A stretch of 63,934 nt of DNA, filler included, from Folioceros fuciformis (Eukaryota): NCBI GenBank assembly GCA_049999805.1. It is 5 parts of 4 records of this genome, joined end to end, with 100 filler letters (N's around TTAATTAATTAA, not from the genome) between each part and the next. Parts side by side here need not be neighbours in the genome. Positions count along the whole stretch, not along the records: positions 30,594 to 53,718 come from JBNGIO010006333.1; 4 more parts are not named here. One strand, given 5' to 3'. The stretch's first letter is position 1. Every line of letters starts with the position of its first letter. Shown here one piece after another: positions 35,935 through 48,318 of this stretch. The notes beneath the pieces are model-generated. The model was not told where the DNA came from, did not search any database, and was given only the letters and a program-made list of their open reading frames with translations. The position numbers and the translations under genes are program-made.

Positions 35935-38900
35935 ATGAGGATCAAGAGCTGGTGGCGCTTCTTCTTCTCGCTCCCCGCCTACTCGCTCTCCCTCGTCTTC
36001 GCCAGTATGGGGGTGAAGAAGGGATCCCGGATGCTGTGGTCCAACGGGCTGCTGGCCCTGCTGCTCATGCTGGCGCTGCTCAAGTTCGGCTTGCATGCCT
36101 TCAGCTGCTCCGGCAGGAGCGATAGCGGGGACTTCCGCTCTCGGACCGCGAATACCTGGGACTTGGAGTCTGTGTATCCGCGGCGCAGGATGACGGAAGG
36201 TGCTGCCGGGGTCGCTGACCTCGGTGATCATGCCTCGTCTCTAACTTTCTCCGATTTGGATCACGGCCAGGAGGTGAACTTTTTGCATCCGATGCTTCCG
36301 TGACTTGGCAGTTTGTGCGTGTCGGTCATCCTGCAGTTGGTCTGGAGCGGATGACTGCGCGAGCCTACCGCTTCGGGGCTGCCTGGCTGTGCAATCATGA
36401 ATGCGAGTGCTGCTTTTTGGTTTGGTGGCGGGTGGTGTGTCGTGTTACCGGGCCCGCCGGGGTGGGATGGGATGTAGGCGGGGGAGAACGGAGGAGGGCC
36501 CAACGGATGCCTTCAGCTGGTTCCCACCTTCATGTTGCGTTTGGCTCGCATTGCATTGCACGAATTGGGATCCGGGACTGCTGATGCAAGCTGGCTAGGG
36601 TTGTGGAATGATCCAGTCGGAATTGGAAGTGGGATTGGAGTTGGAATTGGGACTGACTTGCAATGTGCAGGAGTTTCGGGGTCATCCCACCATGACCGTT
36701 TTCTGCGCACCCAAGGCGTTTGATATGGAAGACCCCAACGACCCGCAGCGTCGGGCTCTGCTGTCTTGGCTCAGGCTCAAGCCCAGACCCAAGGTTGTGC
36801 TCATGGGAAATGAGCCCACTTTGGAACAGGTTGCCAAGGAATTCCCCCAGGGTTGGATCAGCGTGGAGGCTTCCTTGGACTACAATATGAAGGGTATGCC
36901 CATGTTCCACAGCATGATGGCCAGGGCACGGGCTGCTGATACCAATGTCTCCATGATGATCAATGGAGACATTGTCCTGCTGGAGGTAGGTTTGCGCATG
37001 CACCACACCGTTGTTGCCGTGTTTCACCATCACTCGCTTTCGACTTCAGGCATGTACATCCTGTGCACATGGGAACTGACACTCTCGGCTATCCCAACGG
37101 GGCAGGATTTCATGGTGGCCCTGAGGAAGACTTTCATCACATTCGACGACTGGCTTCTTACCGCAATGCGATGGGACGTGAAGGATCTGCCCTACCGATT
37201 CGAGCACAAGGGCTCTGGGGTTGTCGAGCTCATCAAATCCACCACAGGGCAGATCGTGTCCGACTCCGAGGTGGCTAGCTACGGCAGGGTGAGTTGTTGT
37301 TTGCGTGCATGCTCAATGACAATGCTGCATGAACGACCCATGAATCAATTCAGAGTTATACCTGGCTCCCTCCTGTTACCAGGCTCAAGGTACCCTACAC
37401 ACATATGGAGGTGTGGACTTCTGGGCATGGAATGTACGTCGGTTCGAGAACGGGGAGGACCTGCCTCTTCACGCCACGCCAATGCCTCCCTTCAGCTTCG
37501 GCAGGGGCCGGTACGACAATTGGCTGACGCACCAGATTGTGGAGGAAGCAGGGAAGAGGGCTGTCATCGACGCCAGCAACGCCATCGTCAACATCCATGT
37601 GGCGCACTCCTACGCCCATGTGGGCACTGGAGCCAATTCCGCCCCTGTCAACTTCTGGAGCTCCAACAAGAAGAACTCGTGGGAGGCGTTCGCCAACATC
37701 CTCCTCTCCCAGACGGTGGGCAGCTTCAAGAACCAGATGGGCACTGCTCTCCACATCCCCTACAAGATGATCAGCTGCTCCGAGTCCACGTATGGTAAGC
37801 TTTGCCTCACCAAGAGGGTGAAAGCTGCCTCGTGCACCTGCGAGTACAGCTCCCACGTGAACAACACCCAGACGGAGCCCATGCTGGAGGACAACGGCAG
37901 GTACACCCCATGACATGTATATGCCCCCCATGACCTCTTTGCTGTACGAGCCATTCTCAATTCGTGCATTTTAGAGAGCCCATTGTCGTGGCTCTGGAGT
38001 GGCGTGGAGGGTAGTGCCTGAAGAGCGTGTGCGACTGTTTTTGTGCAGATATCGATGTGGCTCGCTGTCCTTGGAACAGCCTTTCCGGATTAACGCGGTG
38101 CCCAACAACAAGACGGTGCCGGGCCTTCCCCACACGCTGGAGCACCTGCTGCAGGAGGTGGCAGACGAGAGCAAGACAGTTGTGCTAGTGGCCGTCACCT
38201 CCCTGTACAAGGAGATGATGCTCAACTACATGTGCAGGGCGAGCAAGCTCGGGCTGCGCAATGTGGTAATTGCGGCGCTGGACGTGGGCATGTACACGTA
38301 CGCTTTCACGCAGGGGTTGCCGGTGTACTACGAGAACACTCCGGGCGTTGGACGCGTGAAGGCGCGTTGTGTGATGCGGGTGTTGGATCTGGGATACAAC
38401 GTGTTATGGACGGACGTGGACGTCGTGCTGCTACAGAACCCGCTCCCGGAGCTACTTGCCTTGGGGCCTGACACATTCCCGACCCTGAGCAACGAGCCGA
38501 ACGAGAAGCTGCCCGCCAACGGGCTCCGCCGAGTGGACGCTGGATTCTACTTGGCGCTGGCCGATCAGCGGACCAAGGATGTGCTGTCCGCCGTGGTGAC
38601 CCACGCGGACTCAACGGGGCAGTCGGACCAGCTCAGTCTTTACGCCGTGCTGTGCGGCGTCAAGGGCGAGAAGCGGCATGGGAATTCCGAGTGCCGGCAC
38701 GAGAACGGGCTCCGTTCCATCTTCCTTGAGCGAAGCCGGTACCCCAACGGAGCTGTGTACGGGCTATGGGAGTCTGCGAACACCACCGCTGCCTGCTCGG
38801 CGGCCAACGCCATGGTGCTGCACAATAACTGGGTGTCCGGCAAGCAGGCCAAGGTGGACAGGTTGGTGCGGAACGACATGTGGCTCTTCGACAGCCAAAG

Positions 38901-39036
38901 TCGAATGTGCGTGTACGACTGGCATCCCTGGCTCATTCGGAGGCGGGCTAGCTTTGCTGAATATAAGGCCACAGTGATGGAGGTACTGAGCAGCACAGGC
39001 GCCCTCAGGGAGTATTCCACCCGCTCTATGCTTTGA
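35935..39036 (+). CDS. RAY1-like beta-arabinofuranosyltransferase (GT77, nucleotide-diphospho-sugar transferase); exons 35935-36273, 36671-36985, 37106-37288, 37383-37900, 38049-39036
   Basis: N-terminal TM; TVFCAPKAF..QRRALLSWLRL, GMPMFHSMMARA, FSFGRGRYDNWL, LGYNVLWTDVD (DxD), RRVDAGFY, VLHNNWVSG..AK. The exons sum to 2343 nt. The start could alternatively be 35893 or 36007. Confidence 0.82.
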
Positions 39037-39583
39037 AGTAATCTAATTCTTGTGCAAAAGAACTTTTGGACGGTTTCGGAGGCTACTCGAAGGATGTACC
39101 CCAAACCCTTCTCTAGTATATATATGAAACTAGATGATTCAGGCAGGAGCCAATAGGTACTATTTTGAACTGATGGCGAATTCTCGTCGAGGCAACTGTA
39201 TGTATTGAGAACCGGCAGAACAATTTATCTTGGCAGATTTGGGCACTGTTTGTGATCGATGTCGGCAGAGATAGATTGCAGCCCCAACGAATAGAAGTGC
39301 ACAAGTAATGGCTATCCATGATCTGCCATTGGCAGAACACAACTTGCAGGGAAACAGTATCCGGGTGTAGATAAGTTCACCAGGATGGCACCAAAAATTC
39401 AGATGAAAATGGCACTAAAATATACACAAAGTGTCACCGGCAGCCGGTGGGGTCCTAAGGACTGGGGCCCTCAAAATCTAGAATCCTGCTAGCCCGTTGT
39501 CAATTATTCATACTGTCAGATATTGCAACCCTTCCAAGTCGATTGCCACACTCGGAAGCGCGAGTTCCTATCTCGAAAGCGCC

Positions 39584-42474
39584 TCACGAGCCAGCCCTTG
39601 GACTGGGTGTCGAGCATCCTCTCTCTATGCACTAATTCAAATACATGAGAAGGTGTTCAGTTGTAGCGTTTGCTTGTTTCACAAAAGCGACCGCGCACTA
39701 GGAGCACTTCAAGTTAGGACTCACCTCTAAAAGGTAGCTGTGAAGCCGATCTAGAGTTTGAGGGAATGTTGTGGCTGTTATGTCCACTACACACATGCCC
39801 TGCACACGGCGAAAGGAACTCAGCGTCACGGAAATTCCAAACAGAGCAGATTACCCTAACGCCCACCATTTCAGTCCCAAGAGCAAGGCCATTAGATGCC
39901 GCACCTGGGCTTCAAATGCTGTTAAGTAGTCTTGAATGACATGCAGCTTGTAGGTCAACGCCTCCTTCTCGGCCTGTTTCACTCTCATGAGTCGACAGCT
40001 ACCCACAAGCATTCGCTCAAATGAAGTGCACCAGCACAGCGCTTGTCTACCTGTGCAAACTACTCTCTCATCTCACCTCAGAAGGCTGGTAATCGCCAAC
40101 CGACCTGCTTGCTATCCACTCATCCAAGAGAGCCTACAACACAAAACAATTCATGCGCTAGGCATAAGCACCAACCTCAGATACACCTAGCTAACTATGC
40201 TTGAAAACGGGATTCTGGCTCCTTTTCGTGACAGATTTCACAGAAGAGCTCGAAAAGGATACCCGATGATCCGCCTCTGCCATTTTAAGAACGATTGGTA
40301 CCACAATGGACTTTGGCAGCTCCCGTGTGGGAGGCTTCTCCACCTGCAGGTGGACTTTTGCATCCCGATCTCCAGGACTTTGACTCTCTGCAAGATGTCT
40401 TCCATCTTCAATAGGACTCAAGACCACAGATATACACGTGCTCAGTACAGCATGCAAACACAGATTGTTGACCTGACTGGTTGATCTGGTCTGAGCGCGA
40501 CTCTTCTAGATATCCAGGTTGGGAGCTTGACTCAGGACCTACACGTGAGGCCACCTTGTTTGAACCAACACTCGCTGCCTCATTCTTCTCAGCAGCTCTT
40601 TCATCGCTGTTTCCCAAAACTGTTTCGGTTGCTGCTTCTGTCCCAACCGGAGATGATGCCTTACTAGCTTCAGGCACACCTTCCTCACCACCTACAGATG
40701 GAGACACCAAATCTGGGCGAGGAATAGCCTGAGTTTCCTTCTCTGTTGGGACTTTAGTCTTCTCGTCCATCAGATAGATTGCGGGATCCAGGTGTATGCC
40801 CTACAAAGAGAGTACCCACGCAAGAACACTAAACACAACGGTGGACACCAAAGTTTTTGAGCAAAGCCACCAAAAACAGGCCTCGCATGCACGAAGACAC
40901 TGAAATCAGCCAGATGAATTTGAGCTGGCATTATCAATTCCAAGGGGTACCTCAATGATGACTGGCTTCCCATCTTTCATAGCCTTTTTAAGGTCTCCAT
41001 CTAACCCTGCGACTTTCACAGCATGAGTCAGGATTCATGTCACAAGCAGAGGAGGATCTGAGTACACAAAAGGTGAAGGAATTTCAGAGGGAACTTTGAA
41101 CTCTCCCCCCTTTTTGTCAAGTGCTGGAAGCTTGATAGTAATCACACTAAGACATATCCTGTCACTATTTCAAAGAACTCAGTTGCGCTGAAGGCTATAA
41201 AAATGACCACAATCACTCACCTTTCCTCACAATGCGACACTCCCGACAAAATTCTGTGATTAGCTCTTCTGGAGATGAAAAATCTTTTTGCCAAATCGGT
41301 ACATGTGGAAGTGGGGCATTGTCAGAAAGATCAGCGGCAGATCTGAGAAGCTCATAGACCATATCTGTCTGCACATTGACAAGTGATCGTCCAGGCTCCC
41401 ATCTTGCCACAATAGACATCAGGGACAAGTGACTAGGCGTGACAAATGCTCACCTGCAGAACATTTGGAAGGTTGAGACGTTGTGCTAGTTGTGTTGCGA
41501 TGGTTGATTTACCCACACATGCAGTGCCACATACGATAATGACAAGAGGCACTCTCTGGTGATGAAATCTGCAAGATAAAAGTCACCAACAAGAGCTCAG
41601 AGGTGGAATATCAAATAGGGGCCTTTATGCACGTAACGCAAACTGAACCCAAAGCAGGGGTACAGCTACTGCAACAAGTACTCCTCCCAAATAAAAGTCA
41701 ATTGATGATGCACGGGGCGTGCTTCCGGACCTGGTCATCATTTTGTAGCGACTTATGTACTCATCTCCATAACCACGCCTCTCCATCAGCTGCCAGAAGC
41801 ATTCCTTATCAGTGAGCATAGCACACCAGGGTAGAGATCGGCTGCAACAGGATATACCTTAAACAGATTGCCTTCCAAGTCGGATTGTGATCTGTAGAAA
41901 CCAAAACATGACGACGAAATTCAGCCCCAGCAGAGCTTGAAAGAACAAAAGAACGTAACTAGGGGAATTGCAAATAGCAAATACCACTCGCTCCCTGAAC
42001 ACTTACACATCCAGCAAGCTGTTGTCTATGAGAAGTTTCTTCAACTCCAGAGCAATTTTGATGGCCACGTGATTAGGAATCTGTGATGCTAACACTCCAC
42101 TCAGATGAAACCAACTATTCACATGAGCAGTCACAATCCCAACAACTTGAAATTTGTTAAGTGGCGGTGTGGACCTTAGTGACAGTGAGCATGCGGCTGA
42201 CCAAGAAGCGTGACAGGACATAGTAATGATCCGAGTTGTTGCCTAACCATACCCTCACCTGAAAGGAGACCCTAGCATTTAGCCTTGGAAGAACCAACAA
42301 CAACCATGGCTGTAAGCAAATCAGGATCGCAGCAGGGAACAGTACCTTCACAAAATCATACTTGGATGACGTGTGCCTGGGAGGCCTGGTTGTGGGAACA
42401 ATGGGCTGCGGCTCCTCTTCGTCCTCACCGTTACTCGATTCAGATGTAAATTCTGATCCTCCTGAAAAACTCAT
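39584..42474 (-). CDS. P-loop NTPase of the 2-phosphoglycerate-kinase/LPA1-related plant family, multi-exon
   Basis: Spliced peptides SKYDFVKVRVWLGNNSDHYYVLSRFLVSRMLTVTKIPNHVAIKIALELKK, Walker A CGTACVGKST, QTDMVYELLR, EFCRECRIVRKG, IIEGIHLDP, TFPQTLDRLHSYLLECIE. Confidence 0.9.
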
Positions 42475-44191
42475 GCTTCCGGTCCGCTTCCCCGCGCGCA
42501 ACGCAGCAGAGCTACAAACCAGATCCCTTGAGCTCCTCGGTCCCAAGAAACGAATTCCCCACTCCACTTCAACGCCTCCGAGCCACTACCCCACCATTAC
42601 GCCTCGACGCAGCCACGTAAACTGCCGTTCGATACCGATACTGGAACGAACATTTTTTCCACTAGCCCGGTGCGCGGATCATCGGAGCCCGATTCCAATC
42701 CATGCGCGTTGTAGCCTGGCAAGCCTCATCGGCTACAACAAGATGGAATTTAATATTTATCGTACAGATACTTTTGGACCCTCAAACATTATCCGAATAA
42801 GAAATGACACTAAACCACGGATAACTACACTTTGGGTTTTGGTTAGGGCCCCAGGGGGGGTACCTTCGTAAGTAAACCTGGGATGGGTTAGGGCCCATGG
42901 GCCTGAATGGGTTAAGACCGTGACATGTTAGAGCCCTATCACAATTCCATTCTTCGTCTCGCCTTGAGGTGGTTAAACTAGGATATGGCTGGGGCAACAA
43001 TGTGAAATTTATATATTATGGATGCATGATTAGGATAGATATGTATGATAATTTGGATAGAGCTTGTTTGTCACTAATTATTATAGTTGCCAACAATACA
43101 AGATCTTTGCATTAGCAGGAATAGGACCTTAATGACTTTGATTCAATGGCCCCTTAGTGACTTTGACTCAACGATAAATCATTTGAAAGGTCAAAAGTTT
43201 AATATGGACAAGATATTAATGAGCAATAGTCTATCAAACAATACAACTTGGAGGCCAAACATTTGATTAATGGCTTTGTGGTCTTACAAATCCCTAGGTT
43301 TGATGGACATCCTCTTCACATAACCCTGGGCAATGTCTACCTTGATAGGATTATACCAAGATCACATAAACATAAAGAAGGCTTTATAATAGAAGAGCAA
43401 GAACATAGAGACAACAATAAAGACTGACAAGAGGCTCAGCAACAAGACCCACAAGGGACTCACACGAAGACTCATACCAACCTTAGAGGAGGCCCTTTTA
43501 TATACACTAGGAGAGACTGCTATACTATTATAGTACTACAGTCTAGTCCACAAACCCTTGAGACTTACCATAAGCCCTATAAGATTAATAACCACTAACA
43601 TCACAAATTATAACAAAATCTACTATTCCTATCATACCTCCTTCACAACACTTTCTTCAATGCACACTTCCTTCCAATAACTCTATTGAATGCATACCTT
43701 TTCAATTCTTCATAAAACCTTATGGCACCCTATTCAATTCACACTTTCTTCACATAGCTTTATTCAATGGATGCCTCTTCACCCAACCTTATTGCAAAAA
43801 CATCTCCTTAGACTCAACAAGGTCTAATCAAAACGGTCGGATTCTGCCATTTCGGGCTTTGCCAAATTTGAACTTTTGAAATTCATATCATGTATCCACA
43901 TTTACGTGCATTTATTTTCAGCGCTGCGTTAAGGTGCAAAAAAAAATGTGTCAAGTAACAGCGCAAACATCATGTATTGTGTCAGTATATGCGGATTTGC
44001 AGGTGTTCATATGTACAAATACATCATTGAACGTAGTAATCTGGCAGATATCACGTTGTTTGCGTTTTGTCCGATTTCATGTTTAGTCCTGAGTGTTTGA
44101 TTTTTTTTATTTTTTTTTCTGTTCAGGCCGTTTCACTCAAATCGTCAAACTTGCGTATCTACCTTTCTTTCCAATCAATTGTTATGTGATA

Positions 44192-44385
44192 GTGAGCCGG
44201 TCCACCGGTGCACTATGTGTCATAGTGCGCTAGTAGACCGGTGCACTATATGGCAAGGTGCGCCGGTCTACCGGCGCATGAGCATGATATATTGTGCGCT
44301 GATCTACCGATGCATGAGGATGATATATTGTGCGCTGACCTACCGGCGCATGAGCATGATATTGTGCGCCGGTATACCGACGCAC
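44192..44385. repeat. Array of six 22-bp imperfect palindromes (consensus GTGCGCCGGT-NN-ACCGGCGCAY) with 11-14 bp spacers
   Basis: Units start at 44192, 44225, 44258, 44294, 44330 and 44364. Confidence 0.85.
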
Positions 44386-44389
44386 AATG

Positions 44390-45680
44390 CCCTATTCTCA
44401 TTACATGTGAATGAAAAGCTTAGAGAGATGCTTGAAGGGGACCAAACCTTGCATTTAGATAGCTTGACCCGCAACCCCACCTTGGGGAGCTCTGATGAGA
44501 AGAAATCAAATGTTGCTTTGACTGTGACTCCTTGCCCAAGAATATGAGTGTCATCAGCCACGGAAGGGAAAAGGCATTCCCGAAATGCTAAGGCAGTAGA
44601 GGACAACGCACGAAAATGCGCCATTGCAAAAAGAGCACCCCCCAGCAGATCCCCTTGTCTTGTGCCTGTTGCTCAATAAAAAACTGAGACCCCCTCAATA
44701 GTTGGGCCGTGTTGGTAGTAGAGCTGGCGACATTCGCTCCTTCTATGGCGAGCCATAGAAGGAGCGAACAAAAGGGATAAGACTTGCCAATTGACCTCCT
44801 GCACTCTTGAGCTCCGAGAAGATGACGACCCTAGAGACGGTGTTGAAAGCATTCTCAATATCAACCTGCAAAGCTACCCAATGAGGATGTAACTCAAGGG
44901 CCACCAGGATGCCGAAAGCGGCAAATTCACACCCACCTGGAGTAGCAATCCCAAATTGGTGGAGTGCAAGATGCGCTTGGAAGTACTCTCGAAGTTGAAT
45001 TGCGATACTTCGGCTAATTAGGCGCAAAAATACCTCCCCCACAGCGATAGGGCGCACTCCTGAGGTGGGCTTTTCCAATGTAGGTAGCCTACTAGCCACC
45101 AAAACTTAAGAGATTCGATTGGGAACTTCGTCCCTAGCCATAGCAGCTGCTAGTGTATAAAGCTCCGAAAAACCACTTGAGGGATCCTTAGGAGTGAAAA
45201 ATAATCTCGAAAATGGTCATAAACTATGCCAGACAAACCCCCTGAAGAAAGTCGCGGCGCAGAAGAGAGTGGCTGCCCAAAAACAACCCTATCCAAGCAA
45301 AAAGGCTCTTCGACTGTGTGGTCAAGAAGATCTTGCAATATAGTGTCATGAGGTTCTGGATGAAGGGCATGAAGTGCAGCAAAGGTGTTCTCAGTTGCAG
45401 ATGCAGCCGACCCTGGGCGCAATGCTCTAGCAGCCCGAGCATATTCACCATCCCTGCCCAACATGAAACACCACTTGAGACGCGCTTTTAATGGGTCATG
45501 GCATACCTTGTCAACCTTAATGACTCCAATCGAGATTTTGCTGCTAGTAGATCCTCCTCTTAAAGAGCTTGCCAGTCTCCGGATCAAAAACGGCGAAGGC
45601 AAGAGACCACCTACCTTACTATGACCTGACGGACCACCTCTAGAGCGCCGAAGACACCATCTAGGCAAAAAAAGGAACAA
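44390..45680 (-). mobile_element. Degenerate CRE-like non-LTR retrotransposon reverse transcriptase fragment
   Basis: LEKPTSGVRPIAVGEVFLRL, HQFGIATPGGCE, QVDIENAFNTVSR, GTRQGDLLGGALF, SVADDTHILG, GLRVKLSKC. Frameshifted and truncated. Confidence 0.78.
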
Positions 45681-46236
45681 AATCCAAGCACCCTCATCCC
45701 TCGAGTCCTAAGTAAGGCGATTCAAGGGAAGACATAAGCAAGGTGAATATCATCATGTAGGTGCCTAGGGAGACGTCGGAAGAGACGAGGATATGAAAAA
45801 CAAGCATGAAAAAGAGCCAACAAATGATCCCCCGAAGCCAAAAACTTTGCATGATAGGAATAATGATGTAAAGCTGCACAATATGCATAAAGGTGTAAGA
45901 TGCCATGACATATTCACGTAAAAAAAATCTCGATGTTTGTGTTGTCCCCGTCGGTATTCCATAGTATCCACCGCGCGTTGTGCAGGATTGATAAGCTATG
46001 ACGGATTGATGAGAAGGACATAGTTATCCCCCTTGCCTTTACATCCTTAACCTGAAAGCGATATGCAGTGCCAACCTACTGAGGAGTAAATCGAAACGCT
46101 GGCAGCCGAAATTTGGAGGTACGGCAGGAGCCTGAGGTTGGTCTGTGATGACCTTCGAGTCTCCGTTGCGGCAGGCGGGAATCTGGATGGTCCTGGTATT
46201 TAAGGGTTTAGGTCTCAGGCTGTGAAGGCTGACACG

Positions 46237-47783
46237 ATGCTATGCGTGAAAGCCCTATGGGCGTCAGCCAGGCTCGTGTCTGGTTGCTACTCTACGGCTG
46301 CGGTGGTCAATGATGCTGGGCCGAGCACCAAGTACAAGGGCTCCAGTGTCGACAAGAAGGAGAAGCGACGATTTTACGTGACGCCGCCCCGTCCCAAGGA
46401 ACGGTTGTATTTGAAACCGCCGCCTCCCGCCAAAGAGATCCCTGCCTTCGACAAGCTGGACAGGAAGGGCCATTTGCGAAGTCCTCGAGCTGCACGGGAG
46501 CTAGCCTTGTGAGACTTTCACATCTTTGGCATCCTCTTTGTGTGGGGATGTTGGATTTGAGGTGAGATGAACCCTTGTGCAGATCTGTGTTGTATGCAGC
46601 GTTGGTTTCTGGCGATCACCCGTTGCAGGTGTTTGACGAGCGTCTGCATCAGCGTCTAGGTGAGAAATGTTGTGCTTGCTGTTGTGGATCGTGGCTGCAG
46701 GATAGGTCTTCGGTACTGTGGGTAATAGGCATTGGTTTGTGGTTTGCGGGTGTTCTTGTTATTGACATTGGTGTGTGATTCTGGACTGGGAGCTGCAGCT
46801 GTGCGTGGCTCCTTTGACAAGAGTCTGCTGGAAACTTTCAGCCACAGCCCTGCAGATTTTGCGAACAATGAACCTGCACGCGATGAGGAGGCTTTTGCTG
46901 CCTTGCAAGGAGAGCAAGAGGAAGAATCAAATAGAGGTGACTGTCCGATTGCAGTGCACAGGCTGAAATCTGAAGTTACGGTAGTGAGCTGTATTGACGA
47001 TTTGTTTGCTAATTTCTGTTACGGATTGCCCTTTCTGTCCCGTGCAGAAGCTGAGGTACTTTCAGCCCCTGTTCAAATTGTTTACAACAAGTTTGTGCTC
47101 GGGTAATTCGATCAGAGTTCTCTTCTGGCTGTCCCGAGCTTCTCTTGCTTGCTTTTGTGTAATATAAATGATAAGTGACGCGATATTGGAACAACGGCAG
47201 TTTGGCTAAACAACTCATAGAAGCTGCAGCAAACTCATGGCGTCAACGGGAGTCTATATTATCCGAGCTTATTCCTGTGATGTGGAAGGTAACGCCTCAT
47301 GACCACTTTTTTCTGGTCTTTCTTGGGTCCAGCCCATGAGTGTTTGGACGATATGCCGGTGACGGTCGTTCCTTTTTTTGTGTCATTCTTATCCATGTGT
47401 CAGACAGAGTACAAGTCCGTTGCGCTGCCCATCTGTATACTGCATTTAGCCCTTGCGGAGCTGGAAGTGTTCCAAACAAGTCCAAGCGTGGTTGTCAACG
47501 AGGTACAGACTTGTTCTGACCTTCCTCGAGGTCCTACTGAGAAGGGAAGTGCCATTTGTATTGAGCATCCATGAGGTGCATGTGGCAGGCTGTGGAATTG
47601 ACAAAGCGGTACTGTGACGGTGTCTCTCCTCGAGTCGTGAATGGTTGTTTGGGATCTTACATTCGAAGGCGCAATCTGGAAAGAGCACAGGTGGAGACTG
47701 ACCCGGTCGACAACCGCCTCAAGCTTGTGTCCGAACGGATGAAACCAGAGGAGTTGGGATGGAACGATGATTACAGGGAGTAG
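46237..47783 (+). CDS. Organelle-targeted NusB/antitermination-domain protein, multi-exon
   Basis: SPRAARELAL-SVLYAA, EAEVLSAP.IVYNKFVL, CILHLALAEL...VVVNE-AVELTKRYCDGVSPRVVNGCLG with GT-AG introns and an N-terminal presequence-like segment. Confidence 0.82.
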
Positions 47784-48318
47784 AGGGAACTTCTTGAGTC
47801 GTGTGCTCCGTGCGGGTCGTGGGGTTCTGAGAACTAAGCATTTTGCTCTAAAATAGAGCGATCTGAGGAGTCTGAGCAGTGCCGATAACAAACAAACCTA
47901 GAGCTGCTGAAGTAGTATTGGTCTGCTGCATTTTGCTGTTATCCTGTCGCTTCATAGTCAACCTCGTGCATGGTGACTGGATATAGCTGCCAAGTTCCAC
48001 CAGGCAGTGAACATCGTCATTCGATTCAAAAAAGTAGCTTCCTGCCCGGACATCACACATCGCTGAAGTGTAGAGCATCGACTGAGAATTTCACAAGCAT
48101 CTGCATCAATTCTCTTAACAGAACTAAACCGCTTTCTCTTTAAGAGGCGCGAGGTGATTGCTGCGTCATCGATTTGCGTGACTATGAACCCAACATGTTC
48201 GTGCCTGCTCTAGCCACGAGGCTGGTAAATTACAAAGCAAACTTAGAACCGTAAGCTCTAAAACCGGACCTCGCTATACGCCTATTAGATAGCAGTTCCG
48301 GATTGAGGGAGCGGCGGT

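Noticed and set aside
44192..44385. CRISPR array
   Set aside because: Spacers are only 11-14 bp and related to each other, the repeats are degenerate, no cas genes are present and the context is eukaryotic.
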